Source: an uncultured Mycoplasmatota bacterium
Lineage (GTDB): Bacteria; Bacillota_I; Bacilli_A; RF39; UBA660
Assembly (NCBI GenBank): GCA_900545005.1
Contig: UQXO01000002.1
Span: 65,901 to 129,900, forward strand
Direction: 5' to 3'
DNA length: 64,000 nt
The notes below the pieces were generated by a model, which searched no databases, had not been told where the DNA came from, and was given only the letters and a program-made list of their open reading frames with translations. The position numbers and the translations under genes are program-made. Shown here piece by piece: positions 19,166 to 27,300 of this stretch (its first letter is position 1; every line of letters starts with the position of its first letter).

Positions 19166-19704
19166 TTAACGTATCCGTTTTCTGTTTTGAGTGCTTTAGC
19201 AGCATCAACAATCATTAAGATTTCATACATAATTAAAAAGATAGTAGGAAAAATAATTAAAAACATAAATCCCCATTTAGATGTAAAAATACTATATAAA
19301 TATCCTAAATTGTGTATTATCTTAGTGCCATTAACACGCCCAATCACATAGCTTCCCGATACTTTAGTATTATTAATAGTATAGGTTGATTCTTTAGTCG
19401 AAACTGCAAATTTATCTTCAACCGCCCCTATATTAATCAAATACTCATTAGCTTTATTTCCATTATAGAAAAAAACTTCATCTTGATTAGCAATTTTCTT
19501 ATCACTTTCTCTTTTTATTAATAAAAGATCCCCGGCATAAAATTTGGGTTCCATCTCATCATTATCAACAGCTAGAATGGTAGTCTTACCAAAAGTAGGA
19601 ACATTAAATTCATTATATGATAACAAGCATACAGTTACCGTTATGGCGATAATAACCCAAACTCCAAGGAGAAAATCCTTTAAAATAATGCTTAGTTGCT
19701 TCAT
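19162..19704 (-). CDS. SipW-like pseudo-peptidase (catalytic residues replaced)
   Basis: Collinear with the two SipW paralogues, including the flanking TM helices. However, it has NDEMEP in place of SGSMEP, YLINI in place of THRI, and no GDNN box. Confidence 0.65.
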   Translation of the reverse strand: MKQLSIILKDFLLGVWVIIAITVTVCLLSYNEFNVPTFGKTTILAVDNDEMEPKFYAGDLLLIKRESDKKIANQDEVFFYNGNKANEYLINIGAVEDKFAVSTKESTYTINNTKVSGSYVIGRVNGTKIIHNLGYLYSIFTSKWGFMFLIIFPTIFLIMYEILMIVDAAKALKTENGYVK

Positions 19705-19728
19705 ACTTCCTCCATATTATTCATCTAA

Positions 19729-19757
19729 ATTATATCACGGTGCGAATAAACATTCAA
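19729..19757 (-). promoter_or_regulatory. Internal sigma-A-type promoter TTGAAT-17-TATAAT (with TG at -15/-14)
   Basis: Minus strand reads TTGAATgtttattcgcaccgTGaTATAAT. It overlaps the end of the 502-aa gene, about 25 nt upstream of the SipW-like gene. Confidence 0.5.
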
Positions 19758-19758
19758 G

Positions 19759-21267
19759 TTAAATATCCATATTCAAAATAGTTAAATAATTAAGGATATC
19801 GGTATAATTTAGATTAGCTTTTCCTAGATTATAATAATTATAAAGAATATCTACTTCTTTAATAGTACTCTCTAAATTATCTTCTTCTAAAGAAGTTATT
19901 TCTAAGTTAATATTTTCTAACTTATACTTATCAGCAATAATCATCTTCAGATTTTGTTCATCTAAAAGAGCGATATGATTAATAAAGATAAAATTGTCTT
20001 GATTAATTATATTCTGTAAGTCGATATATTCTTCATTTAAAATATTAATCGTTAGATTATCATCTTCTTTTTTTCGTTCAAAGACAAAGTATAAGAAATT
20101 ACTAGTTATAAATTTAAATACTTCTAAAATGGTAGTATCTAAAGTCAAGGAATTACTAATTCGTATATTAAAGATTTCTTCATCATAAGTATCATAATTA
20201 GTACTTAATTTTTCCAAAGACTCATTATATTTAAATAGTAGTTTATCATCTTTTTTCTTACTTTTAAAAAGTCCTATTTTAGTTTCATTCTTATTATGAT
20301 TTAATTTAATTATTTCTTTTTCTAGTTTATTTATTTCTTTTTGAAGAGTGTTTTTCTTACTCTTATAAGTATCTTTATTACTAATCTTATTTTTCATATC
20401 TTCTAAGAGGGTTATATACTTAACAATTAGATTATACTCAAGAAGAGTTTGTTTTAATTTACCTATTTCTTCTAAATTATTATTATTACCAAAGTATTTA
20501 GTTACTAGTTTTTCGATACTATTAGGAGCATAATCGCTAATACTCCATTTCTTTGTAACAAAATTATCTATTAAATAATAAGTATCTCTATTATAAATAT
20601 CATTACGTTCTTTTACTAATTCTTTTCTTAGATTAATTAAATCAGCTTCTTGATGCGTTTCTAAATACTTATTATGACGTTCTTGATAATAACGTTCTAT
20701 CCTAGATTCATTAGCTAAATAAATTCCTTTAATATTAACTTCTATGGTCTTAATAAGATTAGGACACTGCCAATATACTTCATCAAATATTTTTTTAGTA
20801 TCTTCTTTTTCTTCTAATAAAGTCTTAATATATTTTTTAGCATAAGTATTATAATTAAAATTTTCATAGGTAATATTAAGTCCTACCGTCTTAAAGGCTT
20901 TAAATATCGTTAAGAGCCATTCATTTACAGTCTTTAAGTCTTCTTTATAATAATGAGATAATAAGTATAAATAATAGTCTAAATGCATCTTTTCATAAGC
21001 TGTATTATACTTATTCCATTCATTTAAGAATTTACAAGTCTCTAAAGATTTATTAATATTATCAATTTTACTATTAGGTTTTAAAGAAGAAAAAGATTCT
21101 TTAAAAATTTTTAGTTTAGTTGTTACCTTATTTAAGAGTTGTTGTTTATTTTCTTTTTCTTCTAAAATAACCTTTTCTTTATTAGTTCTATTCTTAATAT
21201 TATTAGTAGGCATAGTCTCTAAAACAGTCTTAAAATCATTAATTTCTTTTAATAAGTTTTCTTTCAT
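19759..21267 (-). CDS. Hypothetical cytoplasmic coiled-coil protein (502 aa)
   Basis: ORF track. Lys/Glu/Asn-rich heptad-like stretches and no signal peptide. Confidence 0.6.
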   Translation of the reverse strand: MKENLLKEINDFKTVLETMPTNNIKNRTNKEKVILEEKENKQQLLNKVTTKLKIFKESFSSLKPNSKIDNINKSLETCKFLNEWNKYNTAYEKMHLDYYLYLLSHYYKEDLKTVNEWLLTIFKAFKTVGLNITYENFNYNTYAKKYIKTLLEEKEDTKKIFDEVYWQCPNLIKTIEVNIKGIYLANESRIERYYQERHNKYLETHQEADLINLRKELVKERNDIYNRDTYYLIDNFVTKKWSISDYAPNSIEKLVTKYFGNNNNLEEIGKLKQTLLEYNLIVKYITLLEDMKNKISNKDTYKSKKNTLQKEINKLEKEIIKLNHNKNETKIGLFKSKKKDDKLLFKYNESLEKLSTNYDTYDEEIFNIRISNSLTLDTTILEVFKFITSNFLYFVFERKKEDDNLTINILNEEYIDLQNIINQDNFIFINHIALLDEQNLKMIIADKYKLENINLEITSLEEDNLESTIKEVDILYNYYNLGKANLNYTDILNYLTILNMDI

Positions 21268-21374
21268 TTAGAATCCTCTACTTTCTTTTTTTCGGTATCT
21301 AAATATTCTAAATATTCTAATAATATTTTATAGATATCTAATAGTTCTTTTACTTCTAAGTCATTAACATTCAT
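21264..21374 (-). CDS. Unlisted 36-codon ORF (MNVNDLEVKELLDIYKILLEYLEYLDTEKKKVEDSK), translationally coupled on both sides
   Basis: Own translation. A GAGGT Shine-Dalgarno overlaps the TGA stop of the giant gene, and the ORF's own TGA overlaps the ATG of the 502-aa gene (ATGA). Confidence 0.45.
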   Translation of the reverse strand: MNVNDLEVKELLDIYKILLEYLEYLDTEKKKVEDSK

Positions 21375-21382
21375 ATTTTACC

Positions 21383-24300
21383 TCACTTAATTATTATATA
21401 GTTTTTAGTACCACCTATATAAGTATTATCATCATATAATTTAAATTCCAAGCGATAAGTACCTGTCTTAACATTATTTTTTAATAGAAGATTTAATTCA
21501 TTTATAGTATTAGGATCTTTTATTAAGATATATTCACAAGGATTATCGGTCTTAAAGAGAGCTTGGTCAACATAGTCATTTAAATCAACTAGTTCATAAT
21601 CGGTATCATAAATATTATCATACTTACGACGATATAGACTCATTCTTATAATAGGAGTATTTAAACCAGAGTCATAAGAAATAGTAAATTTCAGATTCTT
21701 ATTACCTTCTTCTTTAGAAGTATCAATTATAGTATTTTGGGGTTCTAAGGTTGATTTTAAACCATAAATACTATTTATAATCGTTATATTTAGTTCTTTT
21801 TTAGTAGAAACATCAGTACCATAATAAATTCCATCCACAGAGCCAAAAGTTTCTATTACTATTTTATAAGTTCCGGTAGCAATACTGGCATTTTCAGTGT
21901 TAAATTCTAACCATCTACTAACATTACCTACTTTATCGGCTATTTTTATTCTAGTGGTTCCATCTACATCAGGGTAATATCTTTTCCCATCTAGGAGAAA
22001 ATAAGCTCCAATTAGACCGTTACCAGTTACCGCGTTACCATCTTTATCTTTTAGAATTATCTTTAAACCTAATTTAGAATCAAAATATTTAGTATCATAA
22101 ATAGTATTAGATCCTACGGATAAATTTTGATAATTAGTACTTAGATTAATAATGGCATTATTACCTACATATAAAGGGTTTTTATCAATAGTGGCATTTA
22201 TATCTATTATAGAGTCTTTATTATTATAGAGGTTATAATGCATATTTTCATGTTCTATTCCTAAGACGCTATAGATAGTTTGATTATCCTTATCCCTTAG
22301 TTCAACTAATAAAGAATTATCGAGGACATCATTTTCTAAGGAAGTAGCACTAAAGTCTACTATAAAGATAAACTCTTCATCAGAATCATTATTCTTGTAA
22401 TAGATTTTATTCATTGCCTCATCATCATAATGACTATTATTACTAGTAGAACCCATAACCGTAAAAATAGAAAAATCATAAGTAGCTTCTCCTAAGGTTT
22501 GTAAATCTTGTTTAGCTTTTTCTTCTTCGGAAGTAGTTATTGTATGATAATAGTATTTAGGACTTCCTTCAATAATATCTAACATAGTTATTTTTGTATT
22601 AGCTGGTAAGGCATAAGATGATACTAAAGTACGATGATATCCTTCTTTATAAAGATTAACATTTTCTCCAAATAAAGAGTAATAAGCACTAAATTTACTA
22701 CCTGTAGTAATATTGGTCGAAGTAGATGCAAATAAACTATATTTATCGCCAGGAGTCATAGCGGCTTCATATTCATTAGTTTGATAAAGTGCAGTTGATA
22801 AATCAATATTAATTACTAATCTTTTAGTTTCATTAGTTAAAGCATCTAAGGCAGTTATAGCCATAATACTTATACTTACAGTTCCCATCTTTTTTGTTTC
22901 GGTTAAGTTTTTACTATGATATAGATAAAATAGTAAAGAAGGAACCACCGATGTATTATCACCGGCATAATAAGAAGTACCACTAATACTTGGCTCTGTC
23001 GACTTAAAGGAAGTATTTCCATTAGTTAACCAGCCTTGGTTTGAAGGTTCCATGGCTAAAGCAAAGTTATTATTAGCTTCTTCTTCCGTCTTAGCTTGTC
23101 TGGAGATGTTATTCTTATCTACAAGATTAATACCATTAGCTAAATTAGAGTAATCAAATCCTAAGATTTGGAATGAAGTATTAGGTTTAGAAAATTCTAA
23201 GAAAGTTAATTCGGTAGAGCCTAGAGTCGAATATTTACTAGCTACTAAAGAGATATTATATTCAATGACGGCTTCGCCAATAATCCACATATAAAAGTTA
23301 GAATCTTTAGGAGTAGGATCTATTATCTTAACGATATTAGTATTAGTCTCTTCGTCCATAAAATTACTATAGAAACCATCTTTATTTATATCATGATTTG
23401 TCATATGAAGTCCTAAGACATAGCTACCTTTATTAGGCATATCTTTCCAAGATAGGGTATCTCCATAATTATAAATAGAATTGTATATTCCAGTATTAGG
23501 TAATCCCTCTCGGGTATGAGTATACATTCCTAAGAAAGCTTGACCACTCATAATACCATAACTAGTAACAGCTTCATTAGTCGCAATATTTAAGTTTCGC
23601 CCTTCTAATAAGTAAATACGATTATCTACATTCCTAGTAACAGTTTTAGTATCATCATCAATACTTACCGTCTCAATATTACCATCTTTATCTAGGCTTT
23701 CTAATTTCTTCAATAGATTAGCCCCATTATCTAAATATAAACTAGAATTATTTTGAAGTTTTAAATCATCAATAATACTTAAAGAAAATAAAACATCACT
23801 ATATTCATTAGTTCTATCAGTAGCTCCACTTAACATAATACTAGAATTATCTATAGTTAAAATATTTGTCCTTTGAATAGATATATTCTTATGCGGATTA
23901 CTACTAGTTCCATAGTTTTTAATAGTTATTGTACTAAGACCATTAGTACTAGAGGCATTACCACTTCCAAAGATGGAACCATAAGTATTAAAGTTAGAAT
24001 AATCTTTACCATCAATTTTAATATTAATACCATTAGTAACGCTGATAAAAGAGTAATCGTAGTTTTCATCTCCACTAGCATTAGCTTCTCCGCCACCAAA
24101 TATGGTTCCTTTAATATCAATATCAGCAGCCGAAGTACTAGGAATATCTTGATTATCGGAGTAAAATCCTAGAATTTTAATTTTCTTAAAATCAGTAATC
24201 TGCCAGTAGCCATTTAAAGTTAAAGTGCTATTAGCATCAATGACGGTTTGACCTTCAGTATAAATATTAGGGGTTATATAAGTTAGACTACCTTCTTTAG

Positions 24301-27300
24301 TAAATTTACAGTTATAGCATTCTTTTAATTCATTATCACCGGTATCTAAAATTAAAGTAAAGTTTTTAAGTGGATTAGAAGAAGTATTAGAAATATTTAT
24401 AAAACTATTCCAATAATTGCCATTAGCATTTTTAAAGTTATCAGTATAGGTTAACTTACTAGTAGAATTACTGTAAGTAGTAGTTGCATCATCGTAATTA
24501 AGATTACTATTATTTTCTAAGACGGCATTTTTACCTATGTAAACATTAGATTTACCATAAATAGTTGAGGTATTAGCACCACCATAAACATTGCCATAAA
24601 TAGTGCCGCCGGTAATATTAACAATGGTGGTGGAATTATTGGCTTTTTCTAATCCCGTAGCCGCGGCATTACCGCCTCCAAAAAGGCTACCGGATAAAGG
24701 AGCTTTACTGCTCTCGGTTCCAATAATTGTATTACCACTAACGTTTATACTGGTATTACCTTGAACGGTGGCTAAGGAACCATTACCACCAGCATAAGCA
24801 CTACCCTTGATAGTGGCGTTGCTAATCTTAACGGTGGTATTTTGACCAACAGTACCATAATTTCCACCGCCATAAATATTGCTTGCAATAGTGCCACCAT
24901 TAATAATTAAAGAAGTAGAATTGGTAATTGCGGCCTCGTTTCCCCCACCATAGATAGTTTTAAAAATACCATCTTCAATAGTAACATTGCTTTTATCGGC
25001 ATAGGCTAAATTACCACCACCATAAACATTATCAATAGTGCCATTCATAATCTTGACAAGCGGATTTACGGTATTGCCACCTTCGTTATTACCACCATAA
25101 AGATTAGTAATATTACCCGCTGTAACGGTTATAGTTGTATTAGTTACAGTGCCACTTTTATTAGAGCCACCATAAACATTTTGAAATTGGCCGTTAACAA
25201 TATGGATAGTCGTATCATCTATTCCGGCTTCATTCCCACCCCCAAATAAATTGGCAATAGTACCATTTGTTACATCAATTGTGGAAGTGGCACTGTTAGT
25301 TTTATTACCACCACCATAAAGATTAGTCGTGGTTCCATCAAGATAATTAATCGTCGTAGTAACAGTATTACCGCCCTCGTTATTGCCACCAAAGAGATTA
25401 AGGGTTGTTCCTTGGTTGTGATTAATAGTTACTTTATCTACGCTACCGCTTTTATTAGAGCCGCCATAAAGATTAGTTATGGTGCCACCCTCCTGAATAA
25501 TACTTACATTAGTAGCATTAGCGGCATTGCCACCACCATAAACGTTAGCAATAGTATCATCATTACCACTGATAGTTAGGTTAGTAGTGGTCGTAGGAAC
25601 TTTATTGCCGCCCCCGAAAAGATTAGTTATATAACCTTTAGAAACATTTACATTAGTGGTAGTTACATTGCCTCCCTCGTTATTACCGCCAAAGACATTA
25701 TAACTATGGCCACCGGTAATAGTGATATTAGCGGTAGTAACATCACCACTAATATTGGAGCCACCATAAAGATTATTACAAGTTGTCCCCTCTTGATAAA
25801 CATTAGTAGTCGTAACGCTAGATTTATTTCCACCACCAAAGACATCACCAACCGTTCCGCCTTTTAAGGAAACAATCACTTTATTAGATAGAGATCCTGA
25901 TTTATCATGACCACCAAAAACACGACCAATATTTCCATCATTAATGGTCACGGTAACATTTCCTAAAACATAAGGGGTACTATTAGTTTCTCCTTCGCCC
26001 CCACCGAAGACATCACCAGTTATTATTCCGTTATTTACCGTAACAGAAGTATTACCGCCGGATGGATTATAACTACTAGTTCCATTAACCGTACCTAAAG
26101 CACTACCACCATAAACATTACCATTAATCGTTAAATTTTGATTTTGACTACCGATATTTACCGTACTATTATCTCTTACAAAGGTATTAGAACCTTTGCC
26201 ACCGCCATAAATATTATTATTAATGGTACCGCCTAAAATATTTAAGGTTGCATCACCATAGACTGTTCCACTGATATTGGAGCCACCATAGATATTACCT
26301 TCGACTACTCCTGATGTCATTTCGATACTAATACTGGCCGTTTTACTACTACTACCAGAACCATTCTGGTTACCGCCACCATAGATATTTTTCTTTATCG
26401 TACCCCCATTAATAGATATTTTAGTATAACTAGATGAGCTAGTACTACTAATACCAGTAGCACCGTAATTACCACCCCCATAGACGCTATTATTTATTAA
26501 AGCATTCCCGGTTATTAAAATATTAGAATTATCGCTAGAACCAATTGATGAAGTTCCTGGTCTTCCGTTACCAATTCCAAAAACACTACCCGCTTCACTT
26601 CCAAAAAGAGTGGTATTATTATTAACCAAGGTTTCATCACCAATTATGGCATTACCTCCAATATAGATGAAGCCAGTACCATTTACGGTACCATCGGAAC
26701 CGCTACCCGTTGATCCATTAGAACCAGCAAAAACACTATAATTTACCTTTCCGCCAGTTAAGGCGATAATTCGATTACCATAAGTAGCAGTTTGTCCAGC
26801 TCCCCCAGTTATCATATCAATCGTACCACCAGTTTGGTAAATATAAGTATCGTTAACATTAGAGCGATTACTAGCGCTTAAAGGACCACCAATTAGATTG
26901 TAAATCCAACCGCCTTCTACTTTTATCTGTCTTGCAGTATAATGGGTTCCACCATAACGTCCTCCAACATAAATTCCGGTTGTCAAATCATATTTTCCTG
27001 TTCCAAAGGAACCACTTTTAACAATGGTTTTCATACCAACTTCAGAAGAAGAATAAATATCTCCACCCCAAGAGCCCCCGACACAGTAATAAAATTCTAA
27101 ATTACTATTGTTGCCAGTTACCCGGTCGTAATCGGAGCCATAAACAACAGTAGCATTTACATAATCAGTATCTGAATTCCAACTATCGGTATTAGCATCA
27201 TGAGTTAGGGAAGCAGAATTATACACTCCCGATTCGATTAGCAAATTATAAGTAGAATCATTGCCACTACTACCGGTATAACTATTACCACCAACAATGG

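Noticed and set aside
21383-21500. Sortase (LPXTG) or other canonical wall-anchor at the C-terminus of the giant protein
   Set aside because: The protein ends ..YIGGTKNYIIIK, with no LPXTG motif, no hydrophobic tail and no charged stop-transfer sequence.
23873-24172. ORF-track entries inside or antisense to the giant gene (23873-24172 +, 23926-24120 -, 25663-25851 -, 27962-28153 +)
   Set aside because: They lie entirely within the 8.2-kb ORF, either in other frames or on the opposite strand. Their translations are low-complexity echoes of the Gly/Asn/Thr repeat codons, and they have no RBS.
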